Below are positions 37,568 through 46,563 of a DNA stretch of 64,000 bases, piece after piece. The stretch spans positions 1,280,001 through 1,344,000 of the forward strand of contig OZ219816.1 in NCBI GenBank assembly GCA_964291235.2. The letters are read 5' to 3'. The notes under the pieces are model-generated. The model saw only the letters and a list, made by a program, of their open reading frames with translations. It was not told the DNA's origin and did no database searches. The stretch is from Vicinamibacteria bacterium. Lineage in GTDB: Bacteria; Acidobacteriota; Vicinamibacteria; Marinacidobacterales; Marinacidobacteraceae. Numbering within the stretch: the first letter of the stretch is position 1; every line of letters starts with the position of its first letter. The position numbers and the translations under genes were made by a program.

Positions 37568-39921
37568 ATCTGGCCGGCGGCGCGGGCGCGCCAGTAGGGG
37601 CGGTCGCGCGGGAGGTAGTGGGGCTTGAGATAGACCCGGGTGGCGGGAAGCGCCTGGGCGCCGTCGTAGGCGAGCACGACGGCCTGGCAGTTCTCGAGGA
37701 GCGTGAACTGGCGGGCGTGGAACATCGGCTCGCGCTGTTCGCGGTAGGACTTCGAGGTCCCCAGCGTGCCCTTCGCGCCGCCGGCGCGGGCGGTGATGAG
37801 GGAGAAGCCGGGCTTGGCGGACTCGGTGAAGGAGTAAGAGGGGGAGAGCCGCAGGATCTTGCCGCACATGTTGGAAGCGAGTTCGGCGCTGCTGTCGTCG
37901 CTGAGGGAGAGGAATATCTTGGTCCGGAGCGTCTGCAGGAGGGTGCGCCAGGCGTCCTGTCCGGGAAGCACCGATTTGAGGGAGCTGATGGACTGGGTGG
38001 CGACGATGGGGATGACGCGGCACTGGCGGGTGAGCGCGAAGGCTTTCTCGTCGCCGGAGGGGTCGTCCTCGCCGACGGAGGCGAAGGACTGGTATTCGTC
38101 GCAGAGGAAAACCGCGGGCCGGACGTAGCGGTTGGGGTGCAGCTTCATGGCGGCGGGCCGCTTGAGGAGGCCCTGGAGCCAGGCGTTCTTGAGCATGACG
38201 CCGATGGTGCGGGCGAGGGCGGGGTTGGCCCCGGCCGGCATGTTGAGCGCCACGACCTTGCCGTCCTCGGCGAGCTCCTCGACCGGCGGGAGCGGTTGCA
38301 GGAGTGCGGCGCCGGTGGATGGCGGGGTTCCGGGCGGCGGCGGCGGCAGGTCCGCGGGCGGCGGGGTGCGCGGCCGGGGCCGGTCCGGACAGAAGACGCG
38401 GGCGACCTCTGGGAGGTCGAACATGGAGAGGAAGACGGAGACGCCCTCGACGATGGAGGTGCGGAGCTTGGGGTCGAGCTGGAGCCAGTCGTGCTCGTAC
38501 CAGCGCTGGATGGCGTCGATGCGGAGGGCGTGCTCGGAGCGCGGGCGCTCGGGCGGGTTGTCGACCGTGAACGGCACGCCCAGCGCCGTGAGCGTGTCCT
38601 CGAGTTCCTGGTCGGCAGGAGTGCGGGCGTGACCGTCGCCGCTCTTGGTCCAGGTGCGCCCCTCGCGGAGCTGCGGGTGAGTGACGAAGTCGTCGTTCCT
38701 GACCAGCACGTCGTTGACGGGGGGCGGGTCGCTGAAGGAGCGCGCCCGCGCGAGCTTCCTGCCGATGAGTTCGGTGTCGATCGCGCAGTGATAGAGATCC
38801 CGGAAGGTGCACCAGCGCTCGGGGAGGGCGCGGTGCAGCTCGATGAGCCAGCGGATGAGGTTGGTGTATGCCTGCTGCCAGAAGGGCTCCTTGGACTTGC
38901 CGAAGAGCTGGTTGAGGAGGGTGGCGACGGTGTAGGCGAGGGAGTAGCTGTCCATGTCGGACGCGAGGGGGTTCCACTGCCAGCGTCCGCCGATGCCGAG
39001 TTCGAGGTAGTCGTCGGGCCGGCCGGCGTGCTCCAGGACGGCGCGGATGTCGTGGCAGAAGTCGCCCTTGACTTCGAGGACGAGTCCGGCCGCGCGGCGG
39101 GCGGGATCGTCGGCCTGCCAGGAGAGGAGCTGGTCGGCGAAGGGGCGCATGCAGGCGGAGGTCTTGCCGGTGCCGACGGCCCCGAAGATGGCGATGCCGG
39201 TGAAGAGGCCGCGTTCGGGCAGCGTGAGCCACTCCGGCCGGGTGGTCTCCTTGGCCTCGGTGGGGTGGTGGAGTTCCCCGACCACGAGAGAGGGGGCGGG
39301 GTCCTGGGGGCCATTGGGCCAGGGGGGCAGGACGCCGCGCCCGGGGAGGCGGCGGTTTGCCGGGGAATCGAGCCAGAGGCGCCGAATGCTGGTGGCGATG
39401 AGGAGCCCCCCGCCGGCGACGACGGCGGGAGCCACGAGAAACCACCCGCGGATGACGTTGTAGAAGACGGGGTCCTCGAGGGCGATGAGGTCGAGGAGGG
39501 GCACCTCGCCGGGCGCGGGGAAAGAGCGGGAGAGGATGGACCAGGCGAGCGCCGCGAGTCCGAGGACGATGGCGACGACGGTGCGCCAGGAGAGGAGCCG
39601 GCCCAGCGATGCCTCGGAGTTGCGTAGGCGCAAAACCGCCCACGAGAAGATCCGTCCCAGCGCGCGACGGAGGTCCGGTGCGAGCCAGAATGCGAGCAGG
39701 GCGAGGGAGAAGGCCCCGAGGGCGGGGCCGGCGTAGAACCAGGCCCGGAGGAGCTGGTAACCGAAGGGATCCTTGAGCGCGACGAGGTCGAGGAGCGGGA
39801 CGGCGCCCTCGGCCGGGAACCCGCCCTGGCGGACGATGACGAGGAGCGCCAGGATCGCGGCGGCCGCCGGAAAGAGGAAGCGCGGCGAGGAGAGCGTCAT
39901 GGGAGCGGCCCGCTCGGGCAT
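37564..39921 (-). CDS. virD4: Type IV coupling protein VirD4/TraG-like
   Basis: N-terminal TM helices, GAVGTGKT, LEVKGDF, FLCDEYQ and VATQSISSL. Confidence 0.88.
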   Translation of the reverse strand: MPERAAPMTLSSPRFLFPAAAAILALLVIVRQGGFPAEGAVPLLDLVALKDPFGYQLLRAWFYAGPALGAFSLALLAFWLAPDLRRALGRIFSWAVLRLRNSEASLGRLLSWRTVVAIVLGLAALAWSILSRSFPAPGEVPLLDLIALEDPVFYNVIRGWFLVAPAVVAGGGLLIATSIRRLWLDSPANRRLPGRGVLPPWPNGPQDPAPSLVVGELHHPTEAKETTRPEWLTLPERGLFTGIAIFGAVGTGKTSACMRPFADQLLSWQADDPARRAAGLVLEVKGDFCHDIRAVLEHAGRPDDYLELGIGGRWQWNPLASDMDSYSLAYTVATLLNQLFGKSKEPFWQQAYTNLIRWLIELHRALPERWCTFRDLYHCAIDTELIGRKLARARSFSDPPPVNDVLVRNDDFVTHPQLREGRTWTKSGDGHARTPADQELEDTLTALGVPFTVDNPPERPRSEHALRIDAIQRWYEHDWLQLDPKLRTSIVEGVSVFLSMFDLPEVARVFCPDRPRPRTPPPADLPPPPPGTPPSTGAALLQPLPPVEELAEDGKVVALNMPAGANPALARTIGVMLKNAWLQGLLKRPAAMKLHPNRYVRPAVFLCDEYQSFASVGEDDPSGDEKAFALTRQCRVIPIVATQSISSLKSVLPGQDAWRTLLQTLRTKIFLSLSDDSSAELASNMCGKILRLSPSYSFTESAKPGFSLITARAGGAKGTLGTSKSYREQREPMFHARQFTLLENCQAVVLAYDGAQALPATRVYLKPHYLPRDRPYWRARAAGQI

Positions 39922-40120
39922 GCGTAAGCGACGAGGAGCACGGCCCCCGCCAGGACAAGCACCTTGGCGACGAGATGTCGCAGGGTGCTCATCGCCTTCC
40001 CGCAGGGATCAGTGCGTCACGAGTGACGGCTGGGAGCGACCCGAACACGGGAAGAAGGGGTGAGAAATGCAACCCGATTCCGTGCCGCATTTCCTGGGGA
40101 AATGGGGGGGTCGCTCCCTA

Positions 40121-40263
40121 CTCCGCCTGCCCGCTGAAATGCGGGCAGGCGGAGCGGTCCCATAGGGACCGAACCACACCGGGGAGAACGAGAATCGGAC
40201 GAGCCGGGGTGAGAAATGTGAAACGGGAAAAAGCGAGAAATGCGGGTTATGTGCATTTCTCGC
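40121..40263. promoter_or_regulatory. Intergenic inverted repeats and GAGAAATG repeats (candidate oriT/promoter)
   Basis: CTCCGCCTGCCCGC-6-GCGGGCAGGCGGAG (40121-40154) and GCGAGAAATGC-9-GCATTTCTCGC (40233-40263). Confidence 0.4.
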
Positions 40264-40290
40264 GGGGAGATCGCCGCGAGACGAGGAGGT

Positions 40291-40551
40291 TCACTCATCC
40301 GCGGGAGCGTCCGCGGCGGCGTTGAGTTCGGCGAGCGCGCGGTGCGTGTCGTGCGCGAGCAGGGCCAGGTGCGGCAGGTCGTTGATGCCGAAGCTGGGGC
40401 GGCTGCGCCAGCCGTCCTCGGTCTTGTAGAGGCGCGAGAAGGTGGCCGAGTGGAACGTGTTCCCGTCGGCCTCGTTCCGCCAGATGGCGGCGCGGCAGGT
40501 GCCGACCCGGAGTTCGTCGACGGGAGGAGCGTTGTTCGTGCTGGTGGTCAT
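40291..40551 (-). CDS. Small protein, possible ssDNA-binding (PC4-like)
   Basis: AAIWRN..G..FHS.TFSR.YK..DG.W....SF...DL pattern common on mobile elements. Confidence 0.6.
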   Translation of the reverse strand: MTTSTNNAPPVDELRVGTCRAAIWRNEADGNTFHSATFSRLYKTEDGWRSRPSFGINDLPHLALLAHDTHRALAELNAAADAPADE

Positions 40552-40577
40552 GGAAGCCTCCTTGGGGGCGTCAGGGG

Positions 40578-41093
40578 TCATGGGCGGAAGTTGAGCCGTT
40601 CGACCAGGTCGATGCCGTGCGCCACGTAGAACAGGAAGGCTTTTTCGACCTGGGGGTCGGTGGGCGGCGCGCACGACGGGATGGCACAGAACTGCTGCAG
40701 CCTCATCTCGATATCTGAGCCGCCCCCGTCAAGGAACCAGACGGTGAAGCCGCGGCGGGATCCGCGTGTCGGCCTGACTGTTTCCAGGAGAGGACCGCTC
40801 CACGGCATTGCCGAATAGGTTTCGATCCATTGCTTCGCCCGGCGCCACGCGGTGGCGCATTCCCCGATCAGCTCACCCGGACCGGCTTCTCGATCTTCCT
40901 CCTCGTTCAGGCAGGTGACAGCGTTCGTGACATCGGCCTGCCGCAGGGCGGCTTCGATCTTGTCGTGATCGGAGTGGCCGATGAGGGGGAGTGGGGCCAC
41001 GGCATTGTTGAACGCATCGCAGGCGCCGAAGGCCAGGAGGGAACACAGGACGAGACGGAGTAACGGAGCTGGTCGGGGACGAAGGGGGCACAT
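40578..41093 (-). CDS. Hypothetical lipoprotein
   Basis: Lipobox-like LLAFGAC. Confidence 0.5.
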   Translation of the reverse strand: MCPLRPRPAPLLRLVLCSLLAFGACDAFNNAVAPLPLIGHSDHDKIEAALRQADVTNAVTCLNEEEDREAGPGELIGECATAWRRAKQWIETYSAMPWSGPLLETVRPTRGSRRGFTVWFLDGGGSDIEMRLQQFCAIPSCAPPTDPQVEKAFLFYVAHGIDLVERLNFRP

Positions 41094-41105
41094 GGCTGTG
41101 GTCGG

Positions 41106-42077
41106 TTACGGGAGGGTGATGGAGTCGGGCGCGAGGCGTTCGGCGACGTGTGTGGAGGAGCCGTCGATCGCGGGGCCGGGTGGGGCGGCGGCGTTGTTGC
41201 GGCGCTGGATCCGGTCGAGAGCGTTGGCGGCGTCAACGACGCCGCCCCACGTATCGAGGATCCGCCAGTTGCGGGTCTCGCGGGCGCGCTGGACGTCGTC
41301 CATGAGTTCCTGCTCTGCGGCAGACAGTTCCAGCGCGGCGGGCGGAGGGCCGCACCACCTGGCGAGCTTCCTGCCGATCGATCGGGCCTGGCCGGGGGTG
41401 CGGGTGACGGCGACGACGCGGACGGTGCGGCCGTCGCGGCGGAGGGCGTTCCAGAGGGACTGATGGCCCTCGCCCCAGTAGTCGAGTTGGTTGATGTCCG
41501 CGCTGCTGGCCACGGTGTAGACGAAGGTGGCGGAGCGGTCGTCGGCGGCGATCGGGAGCTTGACGGCGAAGTAGCGGATGGTGGGTGCGACAGCACCCTT
41601 GAAGGTGCGCTGCGGGAGATCGGCGAGCGGAACACCGAGTCCCGTGAAGTGGGCGACCTTCTCCTGCTCCGTGGGGAGCCATGGCAGCTGTGGGTGCTCG
41701 ATGACGTAGTCGAGGGAGAGGAGGCGGCGGAAGAGGAGGCCGGGGGATCCGCGGCGGCGGTGGCGGACGTGCTCGATGCCGAGAGCGCGGTAGATGGGCC
41801 GCGCGGTCACGTGGCAGAGATGTTCGCTCGCGCCGCCCTGGTCGGGCGCAAGAGGGTGTTGATGCCCAGCTTGGGCACCGAGGAGCCGGTCGACGAAACG
41901 GTGGGCCGATTTGGTGGTGCATCCGCGGTACGCCATGTATTGCGAGCGCAGGAAAACGCCGCTGTGGAGGCAGGCGAGGGCGAGCCAGGCGGCGTCCCGC
42001 CCAGTCCAGCCGAGAGGCTTCAGGGCGGCCTCACGGCCGGCCAGGTGAAGGATGACGGGGTGGGGTCTGGCGGTCAC
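41106..42077 (-). CDS. Conserved ICE-associated hypothetical protein (wHTH-like N-terminus)
   Basis: GTG start coupled to the upstream stop. GWTGRDAAWLALACLHSGVFLRSQY, RRLLSLDYV and WLPTEQEKV. Confidence 0.7.
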   Translation of the reverse strand: MTARPHPVILHLAGREAALKPLGWTGRDAAWLALACLHSGVFLRSQYMAYRGCTTKSAHRFVDRLLGAQAGHQHPLAPDQGGASEHLCHVTARPIYRALGIEHVRHRRRGSPGLLFRRLLSLDYVIEHPQLPWLPTEQEKVAHFTGLGVPLADLPQRTFKGAVAPTIRYFAVKLPIAADDRSATFVYTVASSADINQLDYWGEGHQSLWNALRRDGRTVRVVAVTRTPGQARSIGRKLARWCGPPPAALELSAAEQELMDDVQRARETRNWRILDTWGGVVDAANALDRIQRRNNAAAPPGPAIDGSSTHVAERLAPDSITLP

Positions 42078-43474
42078 GGATCGTTTCCGCCTCCCAGGAG
42101 GCTGCGGTCGAGGTCCGCGCGGGGCAGGGCGTCGGAGTAGATGGCGCGGTCGCCGTCGAGGGGCGACCGGCGGCAGCGGTAGAGAACGGTACGGGGCGTC
42201 TGGCGGGCGGCGTGCCAGCCGGTGTCGGACTGGAGCTTGCCGCCGAGTTCGCGGACCGCGCAGTCGGCGAACACGCTGCGCAGGGTGCGGTCGGCGCGGG
42301 TGAGGAAGAGGGTGTCGCCGGGGAAGGCGACGTGGTTGACGTACAGCGAGCCGCCCGGCGCCAGGCGGGAGCGGACGAGGCGGTAGAACTCGACGGTGAG
42401 GAGGTGCCGGGGAATGGAGCGCCAGTTCGAGAAGGCATCGGCCACGATGGCGTCCCACTCTGCGGGGTCGTCCCGGAGGAAGGCGCGCGCATCGCGGGCG
42501 TGGAAGGTTCCGGCGGCGCCGTCCGGGACCTGGAGGAAGCGGGCGGCGATGCGCTGCTGGGCCGGGTCGACGTCGATGAAGACCGGCTTGATGGGACAGG
42601 GGGCGCCCTGTCCGAGGGTCATGCCGGCGGCGCCGAGGACGAGGACGCGCGTTTCGCGGGCCTCGCAGAGGGTGGTTTCGAGGAGTTCGACGTAGGCCCA
42701 ACCCGTGCCGTGCCGATCGTGGCCCGAGGCGCGCTGGTTATTGACTTCGAGCGCCGACCGGCCCTCGGGGAGGGGGGTGATCCGGTAGTCGGCGTAGGCG
42801 TTGCGCTCGACGTAGGTCGTCGCTTCGAGGTAGAGGTCGAACGAAAGGAGGGCGGCGACTGCAGCGGTGGCGAGCGCGTATCCGGTGGCGACGCGGCGGG
42901 ATGCGAGGGCGGCGGCGGCGAGGAGGCCTGCGCAGAGGATGAGGGCGGAGGCGGCGGTGCCGAGAAAGCGCAGGAGGAGGAAGGTGGTCGCCAGGGCTCC
43001 GGCGACGTTGCCGACGGTGGACAGGGCGAAGACGCGGCCGGCGGTGGCAGAGCGCTCGGCGGGAGGCGCACAGGCGTGGGCCAGGAGGACGGATTCGGCG
43101 AGAAGCCAGCCGATGGGGGCGATGCCGACAACGGCGTAGAAGCCGGCCTGGGCGAGCGGGGGGAGGGGCAGGCCGAAGGCGAGGAGGATGGCGGGCTCGG
43201 AGAGCCAGAAGGCGGCCAGGACCGCCGCGAGCGATAGCCGGAACGCGAGCCGCGGGCGAGGGTCGCCATCCTCGGCGAGGCGGCCGCCGCGGCGGTAGCC
43301 GCCGGCAAGGGCGGCCAGGTAGGCGGCGAGGAGCACGGTGGTGACGTCGACCGAAGTGCCCGCCCAGGGGGCGATCCGCCGCAGTGCGAGGATCTCCGTT
43401 CCGAGCGAGGCGTAGCCTTCCGCGAACAGCACGACGCTGAGGGCGAAGGGGCGCAGCGCAGGGGGGCGCGTCAT
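42074..43474 (-). CDS. Fused membrane/spermidine-synthase-like methyltransferase
   Basis: N-terminal TM region (EILALR..P..G; AGRVFALSTVG), then VLVLGAAG, D.DP, DARAFL, D.IV.DAF. Confidence 0.78.
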   Translation of the reverse strand: MTRPPALRPFALSVVLFAEGYASLGTEILALRRIAPWAGTSVDVTTVLLAAYLAALAGGYRRGGRLAEDGDPRPRLAFRLSLAAVLAAFWLSEPAILLAFGLPLPPLAQAGFYAVVGIAPIGWLLAESVLLAHACAPPAERSATAGRVFALSTVGNVAGALATTFLLLRFLGTAASALILCAGLLAAAALASRRVATGYALATAAVAALLSFDLYLEATTYVERNAYADYRITPLPEGRSALEVNNQRASGHDRHGTGWAYVELLETTLCEARETRVLVLGAAGMTLGQGAPCPIKPVFIDVDPAQQRIAARFLQVPDGAAGTFHARDARAFLRDDPAEWDAIVADAFSNWRSIPRHLLTVEFYRLVRSRLAPGGSLYVNHVAFPGDTLFLTRADRTLRSVFADCAVRELGGKLQSDTGWHAARQTPRTVLYRCRRSPLDGDRAIYSDALPRADLDRSLLGGGNDP

Positions 43475-43764
43475 GGCCGGAGCGGGGAGTGCGGGAGACC
43501 GTATGCATCGTGCGTACGCATACGGTATGTATCGTGCGTATGCATACCGTGCATACGGGATGCACCACCGGAAGGGACTCCTTCGAACGTCGGGGGCCAG
43601 CTTGTGTGGCGGGCGTCCGCGGGTGGCGCGCCGCAGTCTCGTGCGAAGACGTTGGGGTAGGAGACGAGCCACAGGAGCAGCGCGAGGAGCAGCACGAGCA
43701 GGAACATGTGGAGGGGGATCTGGTTGTCGAGGCGGTCCCGGCCGCAATGGCGGCAGTACGTCAT
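43471..43764 (-). CDS. Small membrane hypothetical protein
   Basis: ATGA-coupled at both ends, with CxxC and one TM helix. Its 3' end overlaps the repeat motif. Confidence 0.45.
   Translation of the reverse strand: MTYCRHCGRDRLDNQIPLHMFLLVLLLALLLWLVSYPNVFARDCGAPPADARHTSWPPTFEGVPSGGASRMHGMHTHDTYRMRTHDAYGLPHSPLRP
43499..43565. repeat. Dispersed GCATAC(C/G)G motif cluster
   Basis: Same motif family as 34858-34912. Confidence 0.6.
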
Positions 43765-44426
43765 TCGAAAGCGGCGGCGCGATCGGCCTGCAGGTAGGTG
43801 ATGACGAGTCCCATGGGGTTGGAGGGGAGGAGTTCGGGCGGGACCTGGTCGAGGAAGGTGAACTGGAGGCTGATGGTCCAGCGTTCGCGCGTGGTTGCCT
43901 GGCCGCGCTCGAGGGTTACGAGGTCGAAGTCGGCGGTTGCCGCGTGGGGCGGCTCCGGGTTCGGGTTGATCCGGAGCACGACGCCCTGGACCTGGAGTTC
44001 GGCGGCCGTGATGCCGGCAGCCATTTGGGCGACGGCGTCGCTGTCGGCGCGGAAGGCGGCGTTCGCCAGGTCGCTGCTCAGGAAGTTCAGGGACCGGGCC
44101 CAGGACGTCTCGACCGTGGCCCGGCGGCGCGAGTAGAAGTCGGAGAGCCACTGGTTGAGGAAGTACTTGGTGGTGGGGTCGAGGGGGTCGGCCTGGGCTT
44201 CGACGGCCTCGTAGGCGAGGGCCTCGGCGCGGCCGACCTCGTCCACGCGGATGACGATGGGCTTGGGCAGCTCCACGGCGGAGAGGCGCACGACGGCGAC
44301 GAGGAGCAGTACGGCGAATCCGCCGAGGGCCAGGAGCCAGAGGCGGAGGAAGCGGTTGCTGGCGACCTGCTCGGCCCAGATCTCGGCGAACTCTCTGCCG
44401 GGGTCCGGCTTCTTGCTCCGTCCCAT
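43761..44426 (-). CDS. virB8: T4SS VirB8/TrbF family protein
   Basis: Single TM helix, PIVIRVDEVGRA and C-terminal NPMGLVITY. Confidence 0.85.
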   Translation of the reverse strand: MGRSKKPDPGREFAEIWAEQVASNRFLRLWLLALGGFAVLLLVAVVRLSAVELPKPIVIRVDEVGRAEALAYEAVEAQADPLDPTTKYFLNQWLSDFYSRRRATVETSWARSLNFLSSDLANAAFRADSDAVAQMAAGITAAELQVQGVVLRINPNPEPPHAATADFDLVTLERGQATTRERWTISLQFTFLDQVPPELLPSNPMGLVITYLQADRAAAFE

Positions 44427-44439
44427 GGGCCGGTTCTCC

Positions 44440-45570
44440 CTACTTGCCCTTGCCGGCGATGGCGGCGATCTTCCCGGCGCCGCCGGTGGCGACCATGATG
44501 CCCGTGGTGGCCATGCCGGCGACGTTCATGCCGCCGCCGCCGGCGCCGCTGACGAGGGAGCTGGCGATCTCTCCGACCTTGGTGGAGGACAGGACCGCGG
44601 CGACGGCGAGAGGGACGATCCCGATGAACCAGGCGGCGGACCAGCCGAGGCTCGAGAAGTCGATGGTCGCGTTGATGAAGGTGTTGACGTAGGCCAGCGC
44701 GATGGAGGACCAGACGTAGAGCATGGCGCCGGCGACGGCGCTGTAGAGGCTGTAGACGAAGAGGGAGCGGAGCCAGCCCCAGAAGAGGAAGGAGAGGGGC
44801 TGGAAGATGAAGAATGGGACGAAGACGGGCCCGACGTAGATCAGGATGTTGATGACGACGAGGGCGTAGAGGACCTGGGCGTAGGCGAAGCAGAAGACGA
44901 GGATGAGGAGCACGCAGAAGAGCGGCAGGACGACGGCGGTGACGGAGAGGGTGTAGAGCGTGCCGCCGCCGCCGGTGATCAGGCTCCAGAGGGTCTGGGC
45001 GTCCCAGATGGCGGTGAGGTGGTTGCTGATGTTCTCGATGAGGTTCGTGAATGCCTGGAACATCTGGGCGGGCACGGACTCGACGAAGGTCTGGCTGATG
45101 AAGTTGCCGCCCGCCGGGATGATCATGGGGAACGCCATGCCGACGCCGGGGATCGGGGTCGAGTAGGTCTGCAGGATCCAGAGGGGGATGATGATGTTGA
45201 GGACCATCCGGAAGAGGTCCCAGGAGTTCCAGCCGCCTCCGCCGAAAGCGATGCGGAGGCCGGTCCAGGAGATGAGGATCACGGCGAGGCCGCGCCAGAG
45301 GGCCATGCCGGTGGCCTGGAGGGGCGAGCCGCCGGCCGCCGTGAAGATGTCGCTGAGGATCGTGTTCAGGAGCCCCATGTGGTCGGTGAGTTGTTCGACC
45401 GGGATGGTGGTGGGCAGGGCCGGGTTCGGCAGCTGTGCCGGCGGTGGCTGCCCCAGGACGAGGCTCGGGGCGAGCAGAAGCAGCCCGGCCAGGAGCATGC
45501 GTCGAACGGTCACCGGTGGTGAAGGCATGGAGCTCAGCCGGCTGGCGATTGCTTCGCGTGCGGACGGCAT
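44440..45570 (-). CDS. virB6: T4SS VirB6/TrbL family protein
   Basis: Polytopic membrane protein with GPVFVPF..F.PL.FLFWGW. Start may be 45528 or 45498. Confidence 0.82.
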   Translation of the reverse strand: MPSAREAIASRLSSMPSPPVTVRRMLLAGLLLLAPSLVLGQPPPAQLPNPALPTTIPVEQLTDHMGLLNTILSDIFTAAGGSPLQATGMALWRGLAVILISWTGLRIAFGGGGWNSWDLFRMVLNIIIPLWILQTYSTPIPGVGMAFPMIIPAGGNFISQTFVESVPAQMFQAFTNLIENISNHLTAIWDAQTLWSLITGGGGTLYTLSVTAVVLPLFCVLLILVFCFAYAQVLYALVVINILIYVGPVFVPFFIFQPLSFLFWGWLRSLFVYSLYSAVAGAMLYVWSSIALAYVNTFINATIDFSSLGWSAAWFIGIVPLAVAAVLSSTKVGEIASSLVSGAGGGGMNVAGMATTGIMVATGGAGKIAAIAGKGK

Positions 45571-45590
45571 GCGCCTTCGGCATGCAACTC

Positions 45591-45624
45591 GTGCATACCG
45601 TGCACATGCATACCGTTCATACGG
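45591..45624. repeat. Dispersed GCATACCG motif cluster
   Basis: GTGCATACCGTGCACATGCATACCGTTCATACGG, intergenic. Confidence 0.6.
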
Positions 45625-45642
45625 CGGGGGACGGCCCGATCG

Positions 45643-46563
45643 TCACCGGGCTCCGTAGCTGGTGGGCAGGAGCAGGCCCCGGCCCATCGCGGACGCGTTG
45701 GCCTGGAGCCAGGTGGTGGTGGCTTCGGTCTGGGTCCGGGCGGTTGTGTGTGCGCCGGCCCAGTCCGTCAGCGCCTCGCGCCGGCCGCGTTCGGCCTCGT
45801 GGCTGTCCTGGACTTGGCGGATTGCCTGGAGGGCGAGCAGCTGGTTGGTCGCGACCTGGAGTTCGGCCTGGGTGAGCTGCGCGGCGAGGACGGCCTGCTG
45901 CAGGGCGGTGCCGGAGAGGTTCGTCTGGCTCCGGAGGGTGGCGATGGAGGTCTGGGTGTCCGCGAGCTGCGCCGCGAGCTCCCGGGCGGCATCCAGGGCC
46001 GCGTAGTCGGCGGCGAGCCGCCGTTCGGCGGTGTCGCGGTTCGCGCGCCAGTCCCTGACGGCTCTTTGCCGCGTGGCGGGGTCGTTCGGGAAGAGCGCCC
46101 GGATATCGGCCACTCGGACATCGTCGACCGCGCCGAGCGCGTCGCGCCAGACCGTCGTGAGGTCGGCGCCCTGCGGGTCGGTGAGTTCGAGGAACTCCCG
46201 GGCGAGCAGGCGCGTGTCGGCATCGCGGAAGGCGGTGGTCCAGGCCGGGGGCGCGATGTGCTTGAGGAGTTCCGCCGGTTCGGAGGAGAGCTGCTCGAAC
46301 GACTGGGGCAACGCGGCGCTTGCCAAGGTCCCGAGCGCCTCCTGTCGGGCCCGGTTGATCTCCTCGCTGATCTTCTGGCTATTGAGCGTCCGGACGCCGT
46401 TCACCGCGGCGACGACGGCGGCCATGTCGAGTGAGCCACTCAGGGCGTTGACGGCGGAGACCACAGCGGAAAAACTGGAGGCCTTCAGGTCGGGGGCCGG
46501 AACGAGGAGGAGGGCGGGGACGAGGAGGAGAACGAGGCTCCAGCGGAGGGCGGTGCGGATCAT
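45643..46563 (-). CDS. Secreted helical T4SS protein, VirB5/TrbJ-like
   Basis: Signal peptide, helical content, and position between virB10 and virB6. Confidence 0.55.
   Translation of the reverse strand: MIRTALRWSLVLLLVPALLLVPAPDLKASSFSAVVSAVNALSGSLDMAAVVAAVNGVRTLNSQKISEEINRARQEALGTLASAALPQSFEQLSSEPAELLKHIAPPAWTTAFRDADTRLLAREFLELTDPQGADLTTVWRDALGAVDDVRVADIRALFPNDPATRQRAVRDWRANRDTAERRLAADYAALDAARELAAQLADTQTSIATLRSQTNLSGTALQQAVLAAQLTQAELQVATNQLLALQAIRQVQDSHEAERGRREALTDWAGAHTTARTQTEATTTWLQANASAMGRGLLLPTSYGAR

Noticed and set aside
36587-39958. 1123-aa VirB11 fusion
   Set aside because: The upstream part is an Arg/Pro-rich off-frame overlap of virD4. The real start is 37567.
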